The position numbers and the translations under genes were made by a program. Source: Anaerolineae bacterium (GTDB lineage Bacteria; Chloroflexota; Anaerolineae; Promineifilales; Promineifilaceae). From it: a DNA stretch of 64,000 bases. The stretch's first letter is position 1. The number at the start of each line of letters is the position of its first letter. The stretch lies in NCBI GenBank assembly GCA_030425205.1, contig JAUIAP010000016.1, positions 55,956 through 119,955 of the forward strand, written 5' to 3'. The notes beneath the pieces were generated by a model, which saw only the letters and a program-made list of their open reading frames with translations, ran no database searches and was not told the origin of the DNA. Below are positions 18,022-27,091 of the stretch, piece by piece.

Positions 18022-19241
18022 ACAGCATAGGCACGAAAGCCAAGCTGCAACGCCCGCGCACGGATGGCGGGGAATTTTGCGGTTGGTTGAGTCAACAGCA
18101 GCACGGGATTGTAACCAGCACGCACAAGTCGATGTAACGCGGCGGTCGTTGTGATGTCCCCATTGGGTGTGAGGATAAAGATGGTCGTTCCCCAGCCCAG
18201 TTTGAGTGTGGCGTGGGCGATAAATTGAAAGAGTGGTTGCGATGGGCAGCTTTCAACCCGCGCCAAAAGCTGCAAAATGTTCATTAAGTGGGGGTGACCC
18301 GTGCGGACAGGAATAGTGTTGCCGTGTTGCGTGGGGGAATCGGCCGAATTTGCCAATATCCGTCCTGTCCCCTCGTCAAAATTGACCGCATCGCCGCCCA
18401 ATGGATCAAACCCATTTGTCACCAGTCCAACCGCTTGCCGCCGCTCGCTACAGTGCGCGGCTAAAGAGGACGCTGCCGTAATCGCCCACTCAACGCGGTC
18501 GTGCAGACCGCGCCGTTCATAGTTATCATCGTTCAGATCGAGCAGGATAAAGGCCTGTAGCGAAATAGCGGGTTCGAGTGTTTTGACCATCAATCCCCCG
18601 CCCGCGCCAGCTTGCGATCGTGCGGACACCTTCCAGTTGATATGGCGCAAACTATCGCCAGCCCGATATTCACGCACGCCAATCGGCCGAGCTGGATCGG
18701 CATACAGCCGTTGATTGCTAACCAGCGTGCCAAACGGCAGACGCGAGGGTAGACGTAGCTGTTCGATTGGCACGATATGGGGATAAACGGTTAAGTATTG
18801 TGCGGGAAAGGTGGCCTCAATATTTTGAAAGCCAAAGATGTCGCCCGATTCGAGCTTGAGCGGCCCGATGCGATAGTAGCCGCGACGCATGGCACGCGCC
18901 GTATAGTGAAATTCGGCCGAATCCATCCCCCCCAATGCAACCGCCGTATTTAAATCTGTCCCGCTGCGCAGTTGCAACGGCGTCATTTCACGTAGCCGCA
19001 GCCACGTCAACGGCAAGCGGCTTTGATTTTCTACCGTCAACGTAATCGGGACTTCTTCTCCCAAAAAAGCGTTTGGGGCAAAAGCACGACTGATATGCAG
19101 TTTTGTAATTGAACGCGGAACTTGCCAGCGCGAATAAAGATAGAGTGCAGCGAGAACGTAGGCAACGTAGAAGATGAAGCTGACACGCAACAGGCCAGCA
19201 ATTAATAAGATAACGAGGATAAGCAGGGGAAGGCGTTTCAA
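17991..19241 (-). CDS. DUF58 domain protein (MoxR-associated vWA-like family) with N-terminal TM anchor
   Basis: N-terminal two TM helices then DUF58-type region (..YRAGDSLRHINWKVSARS..LMVKTLE..); no MoxR AAA+ partner visible in window. Confidence 0.55.
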   Translation of the reverse strand: MKRLPLLILVILLIAGLLRVSFIFYVAYVLAALYLYSRWQVPRSITKLHISRAFAPNAFLGEEVPITLTVENQSRLPLTWLRLREMTPLQLRSGTDLNTAVALGGMDSAEFHYTARAMRRGYYRIGPLKLESGDIFGFQNIEATFPAQYLTVYPHIVPIEQLRLPSRLPFGTLVSNQRLYADPARPIGVREYRAGDSLRHINWKVSARSQAGAGGGLMVKTLEPAISLQAFILLDLNDDNYERRGLHDRVEWAITAASSLAAHCSERRQAVGLVTNGFDPLGGDAVNFDEGTGRILANSADSPTQHGNTIPVRTGHPHLMNILQLLARVESCPSQPLFQFIAHATLKLGWGTTIFILTPNGDITTTAALHRLVRAGYNPVLLLTQPTAKFPAIRARALQLGFRAYAVYEEVDLELT

Positions 19242-19271
19242 AAGATAACCTTTTAACCAAAGCTAGATGCA

Positions 19272-19296
19272 AAAAAGCCGCTCAACTTGAGCGGCC
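19272..19296 (-). terminator. Rho-independent terminator downstream of tRNA-Met (minus strand)
   Basis: GCCGCTCAAGTTGAGCGGC hairpin followed by TTTTTT on the minus strand, 8 nt after tRNA 3' end. Confidence 0.6.
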
Positions 19297-19303
19297 ATTG
19301 CGA

Positions 19304-19375
19304 TTGCGGGGACAGGATTCGAACCTGCGACCTCCGGGTTATGAGCCCGACGAGCTGCCTCTGCTCTACCCCGCG
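19304..19375 (-). tRNA. tRNA-Met (CAT anticodon), initiator-like
   Basis: Reverse complement reads CGCGGGGTAGAGCAGAGGCAGCTCGTCGGGCTCATAACCCGGAGGTCGCAGGTTCGAATCCTGTCCCCGCAA: cloverleaf with CTCATAA anticodon loop, three consecutive G-C pairs in anticodon stem and C1 unpaired with A72 as in bacterial initiator tRNA; T-loop TTCGAAT; CCA not encoded. Ends approximate +/-2 nt. Confidence 0.85.
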
Positions 19376-19439
19376 TCACTTGAAAGAGAGTATAGCAACA
19401 GGTCGGGAGGAAGCCAAAAAGTCAAATACGAAACTTACA

Positions 19440-20492
19440 TCAGCAAACGAGCGACCGATCGACATCGGCAATTGTCGCACAGCCACAGAGGTAGAGCGCA
19501 TTCTCAATTTCAAAACGTAGCATTTCAAGCACGTGGGCAACCCCTGCCCCACCACCGACGGCCAGCCCCCAAAGCGGCGGTCGGCCGATCAAAACCGCCT
19601 GCGCGCCTAATGCGAGCGCCTTGACAACATCGACGCCACGCCGCACGCCGCCGTCCATCAAGATCTCGATTTGATCGCCCACCGCATCGGCGATGGCGGG
19701 GAGCGCATCAATTGTCGCTATCGCCGTATCCAACTGGCGGCCGCCGTGGTTGGAGACGATGATCCCCTGCACGCCAGCGTCCACTGCACGCCGCGCATCG
19801 TCATCGCGCAAGATCCCCTTGAGCCAAACGGGAAGTCGCGTCTGTTCTTGCAGCCAGCGCACATCATCCCACGATAGGTTGTGCTTTGTGTGATCGCGCA
19901 CAAAGACGCCCCAACCGCCACTCAGATCAATGCCAAACTCGTCAATGTGCGGGCGTGCCAGCACGTCGGGAAAGGTGAAGCCAACCCGATTGAGATTCTC
20001 GCGCAACCCGGCAACGGGGAGATCGACGGTAAGCACGATGGCGGAACAATCGGCCGATTCTGCCCTTTCCAACATGCGCTCGACAATCTCACGGTTATAC
20101 GCCATATAAAGCTGAAACCACGTGCGATGCCCTGCGGCAACAACGTCTTCAACGGCTGTCGTTGAAAATGTACTCAACACCTGTGTAATGCCCGCCCCCT
20201 GCGCCGCTCGTGCCACGCCAAGCTCTGCCTCTGGATGTGCCAGCCGATTGACCGCTGTCGGCGCAATCATCACGGGCATCGCCATCTGTTCACCTTGAAT
20301 CGTCGTCTCAAGCGAAACGGCATCGATCCCCATCAACATGCGCGGGCGCAACCGAATCCGCTCAAACGCGGCACGATTGTCGCGCAGCGTGATGTTGTCG
20401 GTCACACCGCCCGCATAGTAGGCATACGCACCCGCTGCCATCACTTCCTGCGCCGCCTGTTCATAGTCGAATAAGTTGAGTAGTTGAGTCAT
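19440..20492 (-). CDS. FMN-dependent alpha-hydroxy acid dehydrogenase/oxidase (L-lactate dehydrogenase / glycolate oxidase family)
   Basis: TIM-barrel FMN family motifs: ..MIAPTA.., ..IVLTVDLPV.., SNHGGRQLD, C-terminal ..GRPPLWGLA..; start chosen at ATG 20492 (MTQLLNLFDY) instead of 20570. Confidence 0.8.
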   Translation of the reverse strand: MTQLLNLFDYEQAAQEVMAAGAYAYYAGGVTDNITLRDNRAAFERIRLRPRMLMGIDAVSLETTIQGEQMAMPVMIAPTAVNRLAHPEAELGVARAAQGAGITQVLSTFSTTAVEDVVAAGHRTWFQLYMAYNREIVERMLERAESADCSAIVLTVDLPVAGLRENLNRVGFTFPDVLARPHIDEFGIDLSGGWGVFVRDHTKHNLSWDDVRWLQEQTRLPVWLKGILRDDDARRAVDAGVQGIIVSNHGGRQLDTAIATIDALPAIADAVGDQIEILMDGGVRRGVDVVKALALGAQAVLIGRPPLWGLAVGGGAGVAHVLEMLRFEIENALYLCGCATIADVDRSLVC

Positions 20493-20746
20493 GGCCGTTT
20501 TTATACCATATTCGGTCGGGGGAAAACGAGTGATTGTCACGTTGATATAGGTGTAAGCTGTGATGCGCAAGGATTCTATGGGATATGAGTAGGAGCGCGA
20601 CCAGCTTGGTCACCAATCAAACAAGCGACCAAGCTGATCGCGCTCCCAGAAACATATCTGCCTGCACGATTTTGCACCATTTCTCGATCACCTATTGACT
20701 TAGTGTATTTTCTACACTATAATAGTTAGTGTAATCGAGACACGAA

Positions 20747-21814
20747 ATGTTAAATCTATTCAACAACTACCTACTCAAGCTGCGACAGGCAGCACAACCA
20801 GAAGACGTGTTTGGCAGATTGTCCGCCCCGCAAGCAGAATGTTTGCGCGAGTTGTATAGGGACATGGTGATCGAACTGCATCCCGACCACAATCAACTGC
20901 GCGTCGCAGAGGCGACGGAAGCGTTTAAGCTGCTACAAGAGTGGCACGAGGCGGCCAAGATCAAGGTGGCGGCTGGGACGTATGGCACAGAGCCAACGCT
21001 TGAGGTTTCTTCACGCCGACATCACTATGTCAGCGCAAAACCAGCCATCGCAGGTGATTTGAGTGATGTTTTTACGGCGCGTGCGGATGGTAAGCGCAAG
21101 GTTGTTGTGAAGGTGGTGCGCCATCCAAAAAACAATGACCTACTGCTGGCGGAAGCGACTGCGCTACGTGAGCTGCATGAGCATCTCGACCGCACGCCGC
21201 TACGCGCACATTTCCCCGTCCTAATCGAGACATTTCGTCTCAAAGATGAAAGCGGTGCAGAACGCCAGACAAACGTGTTGCGCCATGAGGCGGAGGTGTT
21301 TTCACTGGCCGACGTGCGGAAAAAGTATCCAGACGGGATTGATCCGGCGGATGCGGCGTGGATGTTCAATCGCATGATTGCGGCATTGGGCAAGACACAT
21401 GAGGTCGGGTTGGTGCATGGGGCGATTGTGCCGGAGCATGTGTTGATTCGGCCGAAAGATCACAACGGCATCCTGATCGACTGGTGTTACAGCGTGCGTT
21501 CAGGTGAACAGATCAAGGCGATCAGCCCATCCCGCAAGGCGTTCTACCCGCCCGAAGTGTTGCAAAAGTTAGCGGCAACACCCGCTACAGACTTATTTAT
21601 GGCGGCGCAATGTATGATCGAGATTCTCGGCGGCGATGTGGCAACGGGGCAACTGCCATCCAGTGTGCCGAAGCCAATTGCAGCCCTGCTACGTGCGTGT
21701 TTGATTCCTGCGCCGAAGCGACGTTATCAAAACGCCTGGCATATTTTTGACGATTTCAAAGAGATTTTAGAACGGCTTTATGGTGAACCTACGTTCAGGT
21801 CGTTCACGATGTAG
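20747..21814 (+). CDS. J-domain (DnaJ-like, HPD motif) fused to protein-kinase-like domain lacking catalytic Asp (predicted pseudokinase)
   Basis: N-terminus ..FGRLSAPQAECLRELYRDMVIELHPDHN..EAFKLLQEWHEA = J-domain helices II/III with HPD; then kinase-like lobe: VVVKVVRHPK (beta3 Lys), LLAEATALRELHE (alphaC Glu), LVHGAIVPEHVLI (HRD replaced by HGA), LIDWCYS (DFG replaced by DWC). Confidence 0.55.
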   Translation: MLNLFNNYLLKLRQAAQPEDVFGRLSAPQAECLRELYRDMVIELHPDHNQLRVAEATEAFKLLQEWHEAAKIKVAAGTYGTEPTLEVSSRRHHYVSAKPAIAGDLSDVFTARADGKRKVVVKVVRHPKNNDLLLAEATALRELHEHLDRTPLRAHFPVLIETFRLKDESGAERQTNVLRHEAEVFSLADVRKKYPDGIDPADAAWMFNRMIAALGKTHEVGLVHGAIVPEHVLIRPKDHNGILIDWCYSVRSGEQIKAISPSRKAFYPPEVLQKLAATPATDLFMAAQCMIEILGGDVATGQLPSSVPKPIAALLRACLIPAPKRRYQNAWHIFDDFKEILERLYGEPTFRSFTM

Positions 21815-21857
21815 TGTGGCAATGGGCAAAAACCCATTCAACAATAAGGAGCATATC

Positions 21858-22850
21858 ATGGGTTATTCAAAATGGAGCAATGCAGCATTCGATTCACGCC
21901 AAACAGACCGTAAGCGCACTGGCACAACGGCGTTCAAGTATGACAAACACGTGCGCCAAACAGGGGTTGTCAAGATCCACCCCGACATGGATCCGTATGG
22001 CAAAACGCGGGAGAGTCGCGACAGCGACGACCATCCCGAATCAGTATCAATCGCCGTCCTGTTTGACGTGACGGGTTCGATGGGACAGGTTCCGCGCGTC
22101 ATGCAAACAAAACTCGGCGCACTGATGCGTGTGCTGATCCAAAAGGGGTATCTCGAACATCCACAAGTGCTGTTTGGCGGTATTGGCGATGCCTATTGCG
22201 ACCGTGTGCCATTGCAAATCGGGCAGTTTGAGTCAGGTCTTGAGATGGACGACGATCTCGGCAAAATTTTCATCGAAGGTGGCGGCGGCGGTCAGGTATA
22301 CGAGAGCTATGAGCTTGGCGTGTACTTTATGGCGAAGCACACGTCGATCGATTGCTGGGAAAAGCGCGGCAAGAAAGGATATCTGTTCACGATTGGGGAC
22401 GAAAAGCCGTATGACGTCGTGCGCAAGGAGCAGATTGAGAAGCACATTGGGGACAAGGTGCGTGGGAATGTCGATTCGGCCGAAATTTTCAACGAGGCCC
22501 AGAAAATGTACGAACATTTCCACATCATTCCAACCAACACCGCACACGGCAAAAACCCCGCCATCCATGAGCATTGGCGCAAATACATGGGTGAGCGCGT
22601 GCTGATCTTGGACGACGAAACGGCCGTCTGCGAAACGATTGCGCTCGCCATCGCCCTCTGTGAAGGCACCATCGACGATCTGTACAGTGGAGTCGATGAT
22701 CTGGTCAGCGCAGGCTATGACGCGACAGCGACAAAGGCGGCAACGTCTGCCCTCAAGCCATACGCTACACGGCGTGAAGGGTCTCTCGTCAAAGTAGTCG
22801 CAGGTAAATTGAAAGCGGCTGTCGCTGGCGGCGACGACGGACGACTTTAG
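21858..22850 (+). CDS. von Willebrand factor type A (vWA) domain protein with intact MIDAS motif
   Basis: ATG at 21858 preceded by AGGAG; VLFDVTGSMG (DxSxS MIDAS), downstream conserved Thr/Asp positions, ~330 aa; 44 nt after kinase-like gene stop. Confidence 0.6.
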   Translation: MGYSKWSNAAFDSRQTDRKRTGTTAFKYDKHVRQTGVVKIHPDMDPYGKTRESRDSDDHPESVSIAVLFDVTGSMGQVPRVMQTKLGALMRVLIQKGYLEHPQVLFGGIGDAYCDRVPLQIGQFESGLEMDDDLGKIFIEGGGGGQVYESYELGVYFMAKHTSIDCWEKRGKKGYLFTIGDEKPYDVVRKEQIEKHIGDKVRGNVDSAEIFNEAQKMYEHFHIIPTNTAHGKNPAIHEHWRKYMGERVLILDDETAVCETIALAIALCEGTIDDLYSGVDDLVSAGYDATATKAATSALKPYATRREGSLVKVVAGKLKAAVAGGDDGRL

Positions 22851-22914
22851 TTAGCAACAGTTTGCAGTGGACAGCCCCAAAACTGTTCACTGCAAGCTGA
22901 TCACTTGGTAAATC

Positions 22915-24243
22915 ATGCGACAAGCTATTCTAACCACCGATCTCGGCTTTGGTGACGCGGGTAAAGGGGCGATCACCGACTATCTGACACGCCAGCACAA
23001 CGCACACACTGTCGTGCGCTTCAACGGCGGCGCGCAGGCGGGGCATCGCGTTGTGACCGATAGCGGTGAACACGTCTTTTCCCAATTTGGCAGCGGCACG
23101 TTGGCAGGGGCGCGCACCCATCTTTCACGCTTTATGCTTGTCGAACCGTTGGCCATGCTAGCCGAAGCAGAACATTTACAGGAGCTAGGTATTCGTGATC
23201 CGTTTGGCATGACAACAATTGATGAACGCGCATTGGTGACAACACCGTTTCAGCGCGCGGTCAATCGGTTGAAAGAGCTGGCGCGCGGCGACGGGCGGCA
23301 CGGCAGCTGCGGGATGGGGATTGGCGAGACGATGGTCGATTGGCTGGCACATGGGGGGGATGTCCTCTATTGTGGCGACTTTTCCACCCCTACCCAACTC
23401 AAAGCCAAATTGCGCCATCTTCAGGCTGTCAACCAAGTCAAAGCGGCCACGCTGCGCGATCAACTCCCCGACACGCCACAGGCGCAACAGGAATGGGATT
23501 GTCTGCACGATCCCAACGCCGTAGACCGCATCATTGTGGCCTATGCCCCCTTTATTGAACTTGCGCATGTCGTTCCCAGCGACTACCTGCACCTTTTGCT
23601 TGGGCGTGATGGCACGATCATTTTTGAACCAGCCCAAGGAGTGCTGCTCGATGAGTGGTACGGGTTTCATCCGTATACGACGTGGAGCACAACCACATTG
23701 GCAAATGCAGAAACATTGCTACACGAAGCGGATTACAAGGGTAAAGTTGTGCGCATCGGCATCACGCGCGCCTACACCCCGCGACATGGCGCGGGCCCCT
23801 TGCCAACGGAAGGTGCCCAATTGACAGCACTACTGCCCGATGCACGCAATGGCTTTGATGCATGGCAGGAAGGGTTTCGAGTTGGCTGGCTCGATCTGGT
23901 GTTGTTGCGCTATGCGCTAAGCGTCGTCGGCAAGCTCGACGGGCTGGCCGTGACCTGTTTGGATCGCGTTGTGGGGTTGCCCGAGTTGAAGATTTGTACG
24001 AGTTATCGGGGGAGTGGCGAGATCGAAAAGTGGCAAGGGACAGTGGGAATTTCGGCCGAAAACGCCATTCTCGCCCATCAATCCCAATTAACCGCCGACC
24101 TCCTGCAAAGCCAACCCAACTTGCAGACGATCGATTCGGCCGAAACGCTATTAACAACTATCGAACGAGAGACAGGACTCGACGTGCTGATTGAAGGGTG
24201 GGGTGCGGCAGCGGATGCAAAGCGGAAAAGAGAAGGCGCGTAA
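22915..24243 (+). CDS. adenylosuccinate synthetase (PurA)-family ligase, divergent paralog
   Basis: 442 aa, PurA length; GFGDAGKGAITDYL (vs canonical GAQWGDEGKGKIVD: second Lys of GKGK lost), NGGAQAGHRVV (vs QGGHNAGHT), FSQFGSG (vs LIPSG), CGMGIGET (vs TGRGIGPAYEDK). Fold-level match to PurA but key signature deviations. Confidence 0.55.
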   Translation: MRQAILTTDLGFGDAGKGAITDYLTRQHNAHTVVRFNGGAQAGHRVVTDSGEHVFSQFGSGTLAGARTHLSRFMLVEPLAMLAEAEHLQELGIRDPFGMTTIDERALVTTPFQRAVNRLKELARGDGRHGSCGMGIGETMVDWLAHGGDVLYCGDFSTPTQLKAKLRHLQAVNQVKAATLRDQLPDTPQAQQEWDCLHDPNAVDRIIVAYAPFIELAHVVPSDYLHLLLGRDGTIIFEPAQGVLLDEWYGFHPYTTWSTTTLANAETLLHEADYKGKVVRIGITRAYTPRHGAGPLPTEGAQLTALLPDARNGFDAWQEGFRVGWLDLVLLRYALSVVGKLDGLAVTCLDRVVGLPELKICTSYRGSGEIEKWQGTVGISAENAILAHQSQLTADLLQSQPNLQTIDSAETLLTTIERETGLDVLIEGWGAAADAKRKREGA

Positions 24244-24244
24244 T

Positions 24245-24306
24245 ATTGCGTGTTGCGTATTGCGTATTGACCGCTGGATACGCACCACGCAATACGCAAT
24301 ACGTGT
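24245..24306. repeat. intergenic hairpin repeat, degenerate copy 2 (GCGTATTGCGTATTG ... TACGCACCACGCAATACGCAATACG)
   Basis: Inverted repeat between convergent PurA-like and recJ genes; contains the TACGCACCACGCA core of the family; likely bidirectional terminator. Confidence 0.5.
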
Positions 24307-24341
24307 GAGCTATCTCTGTAGAGCCAAACCCACTCTCCCCC

Positions 24342-26057
24342 TCACGCCGCTGGTCGAATATCCTTAATCATCAACTGCAACGTCCGTCGCCCGTTCCACT
24401 CATTGACGTTGACGCTATAAACAATATCGACGTATTGTGGCATTTGGGTAGCCCAAGAGGCTTGGCGGAAAGCGATCGTTTTGAACCCTGCGCGACCGTT
24501 GGTCACTTCCATTTGTAGATGGGTCTGATCTTTGCCGACGACGCGATGGCTGAGCACTTCGACACCTGAGGACATAAAGATCGGCCGATGATTCTCCATC
24601 CCACACGGCTCTAACTGTTGCAAATTTTCATACAACGCCCAGTCGATTTGATCGAGGTCGATTTCTGCGTCAATGTCGATGCTCGGCAGAAGTTCCTTGC
24701 CTTCAAGTGCGGTGCGGGCGATGTCGGTCATCTGCTCTTGGAAGAGTGGTAAATTTTTGTTTTCGACCGTAAAGCCAGCGGCAGCCGCATGTCCACCATG
24801 CCGCAAAAGCAGATGTGAAATTTCATCCAGCGCATCGGTGATGTGAAATTCATCAATCGAACGACAGGAGCCACGACTTTCCTCTTCCCCTTTCTCGATG
24901 ATGATGGCGGGGCGATAATGTTTGTCGGACAGGCGGCTGGCAACAAGACCCACGACCCCAGCCACAAAATTTTCACCCGCTGCGATCAAAATGGGGGCAT
25001 CTTCATCAATCATCCCTTCCGCCGCAATGCCCAAATCTTCAGTCAATTTTTGCCGCTTGCGGTTGAGCGATTCCAGTTCACGGGCGAGATTTAAGGCTGA
25101 GCGGCGGTCATGTGCGGCGAGCAGTTTGGCAGCGTCGTAGGCATGAGAAAGACGACCAGCCGCATTAATCCGCGGGCCGATGTTGAAGGCGATGGTTTCG
25201 GCCGAAATCGCCCCACCCTTGACGTTCGCCACTTCTCCCAACGCCGCAATCCCCGCACGCTTTGTGCCGTTCATCACGCGTAACCCATCGCGCACCAGCT
25301 TACGATTCTCGCCTAACAGCGGAGCCAAGTCGGCTACCGTCCCAATGGCGACGAGATCGAGCACGTTGTTGAGATCGAAGCGCACATAGTTTGGCATCGC
25401 CTGATAACAGGCCTGCGCCAATTTATAGGCAATCCCAACCCCTGCCAACATCTTTTCGGGATAGTCACAGGGTAGTTTGGGGTTGATGACGGCGAGTGCG
25501 GGGGGAATTTTTCGGCCGATGCTGTGATGATCGGTCACGATCATATCCAATCCGATGCTATTGGCGTGTTCAACCTCTTGCACTGAGCGAATACCGCAAT
25601 CAACCGAAATGACCAAATCTGCGCCGACCGTCTCCTTGATATGGGTGAGCGCATCGTTGTTCAAGCCATACCCCTCATCAACGCGATCGGGAATGTAGGG
25701 CTGTGCATTGCGGCGGGATATTCCCAAGCCACGCAACGCCTCTGTGAGCAACACGGTCGATGTCACACCATCCGCGTCAAAATCACCATAGACAACAATT
25801 CGTTCGTCCTGCTCAATCGCCTGTTGAATCCGCGCAACCGCCTTATCCATGTCGGGCAGCAGAAACGGATCTTCAGTTTCAAGATAATGCCCCTCAATAA
25901 ATCCTTGAATTTGAGCGGGGGTGGTCAATCCACGATTAAACAGCACCTGTACAAAGACAGGGTGCAGATTTGGCAACTGTGTTGCGAGTGTCGGTGCGAT
26001 TTTTGGTTGAACGTGCCAGCGTTTGGCGCGCAGGTCGAGCGGTCTTACAATTCCCAT
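24342..26057 (-). CDS. recJ: single-stranded-DNA-specific exonuclease RecJ
   Basis: DHH family motifs VVYGDFDADGVTSTVLL (motif I/II), MIVTDHHS (DHH motif III), DHHA1 region ..GGHAAAAGFTV.., OB-fold C-terminus; 571 aa. Confidence 0.9.
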   Translation of the reverse strand: MGIVRPLDLRAKRWHVQPKIAPTLATQLPNLHPVFVQVLFNRGLTTPAQIQGFIEGHYLETEDPFLLPDMDKAVARIQQAIEQDERIVVYGDFDADGVTSTVLLTEALRGLGISRRNAQPYIPDRVDEGYGLNNDALTHIKETVGADLVISVDCGIRSVQEVEHANSIGLDMIVTDHHSIGRKIPPALAVINPKLPCDYPEKMLAGVGIAYKLAQACYQAMPNYVRFDLNNVLDLVAIGTVADLAPLLGENRKLVRDGLRVMNGTKRAGIAALGEVANVKGGAISAETIAFNIGPRINAAGRLSHAYDAAKLLAAHDRRSALNLARELESLNRKRQKLTEDLGIAAEGMIDEDAPILIAAGENFVAGVVGLVASRLSDKHYRPAIIIEKGEEESRGSCRSIDEFHITDALDEISHLLLRHGGHAAAAGFTVENKNLPLFQEQMTDIARTALEGKELLPSIDIDAEIDLDQIDWALYENLQQLEPCGMENHRPIFMSSGVEVLSHRVVGKDQTHLQMEVTNGRAGFKTIAFRQASWATQMPQYVDIVYSVNVNEWNGRRTLQLMIKDIRPAA

Positions 26058-26134
26058 AGAACAGGGATTCTAACACATTCGTGGCGTGTATTGGATTAGC
26101 AAAATCATGGGGCGTTCTATCTAGTGTCACGAAG

Positions 26135-26250
26135 TTTTCGCAATAATGCAAAACGTGGTGCGTGGTACGTGGTGCGTATTCAGTTCACGCACCACGCACC
26201 ACGCACCACGCATAAGGGTAGCGAAAACCTAAAGACACATTCAAGTTCTC
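26135..26250. repeat. intergenic hairpin repeat, copy 3 with AAACCTAAAGAC flank
   Basis: ttttcgcaataatgcaaa-ACGTGGTGCGTGGTACGTGGTGCGT-attcagttc-ACGCACCACGCACCACGCA-taagggtaGCGAAAACCTAAAGACacattcaagttctcaaaatctcgc; in divergent promoter region between recJ and nitroreductase gene. Confidence 0.7.
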
Positions 26251-26287
26251 AAAATCTCGCAAGAATAACCTGAAACTGTTACAAATC

Positions 26288-27064
26288 TTGCACGAATTAC
26301 GTAGATTCCAGCACATGATAGAAAACTTTTCCACACTTGTAACAGAAGTTCAAAATAGACACGTCTCCGTACGCAGATTTAGCGACAAACCGCTTGAGGA
26401 TGGGATGCTTGACGCGATCCTCAACACGGCTCGTCGTTCACCCACTAGCAGCAATCGCCAAACATATAGCATCATCGTTGTGCGCGACCTTGAAACTCGC
26501 AAGAAGCTGGCTGTCCTTGCTGGCAATCAGCAACACATCGTTGACTGTCAGGCATTTGTCGCATTCTGTGCCGACACGACGCGCGTCGAGGCTGCGTGTG
26601 ACATGCATGGAATCACAATGGTCAAGGGGCTAGAGCTGACGCTTGTCTCTTCGATTGATGCCGCACTCGTTGGCATGTCAACACAGACGGCGGCCGAATC
26701 GTTCGGATTGGGCGCAGTGATGATCGGTGGCATGCGCAATCATCCAAAAGCAGCGGCTGAGCTACTTGGGCTGCCCAGTGGCGTTTATGTCGTCTTTGGC
26801 ATGAGTATTGGCTGGCCCGAGAAAGAGCCGCCGACAATCTTAAAGCCGCGTCTACCAGAAGAACTCGTCATCCACCGCGAAAAATATGACGCGACCGATC
26901 CACGTGAAAAGATGGCAGAATATGACCGTAAACTTGGCGAGTTTTACGGTGCGCGTAATAAGTCGGAGTCGGCCTGGACTGCTCCCATCGCGGGCCATTT
27001 ACAAAATCATCCCCGCCCCCATTTGCGTGGGGAGCTTGAAGACCTAGGATTTAGTTTTGAGTAA
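26288..27064 (+). CDS. nitroreductase-family NAD(P)H-dependent oxidoreductase
   Basis: ..RRSPTSSNRQTYSIIVVRD.. and ..GAVMIGGMRNHP.. are nitroreductase-fold FMN-binding signatures; start ambiguous (26288 or ATG 26315). Confidence 0.7.
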   Translation: MHELRRFQHMIENFSTLVTEVQNRHVSVRRFSDKPLEDGMLDAILNTARRSPTSSNRQTYSIIVVRDLETRKKLAVLAGNQQHIVDCQAFVAFCADTTRVEAACDMHGITMVKGLELTLVSSIDAALVGMSTQTAAESFGLGAVMIGGMRNHPKAAAELLGLPSGVYVVFGMSIGWPEKEPPTILKPRLPEELVIHREKYDATDPREKMAEYDRKLGEFYGARNKSESAWTAPIAGHLQNHPRPHLRGELEDLGFSFE

Positions 27065-27091
27065 TCTAGCAGGATAGGTTGCAGACCACGA

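Noticed and set aside
19287-19624. ORFs 19287..19520 and 19298..19624 (+)
   Set aside because: Overlap the minus-strand tRNA-Met and its terminator; sequence is tRNA antisense, not protein-coding.
22915-24243. Interpretation of the PurA-like gene as the housekeeping purA
   Set aside because: Not fully rejected, but the degenerate GDEGKGK and GGHNAGHT signatures and its operon context with vWA and pseudokinase genes make a paralogous function more likely; needs a genome-wide purA check.
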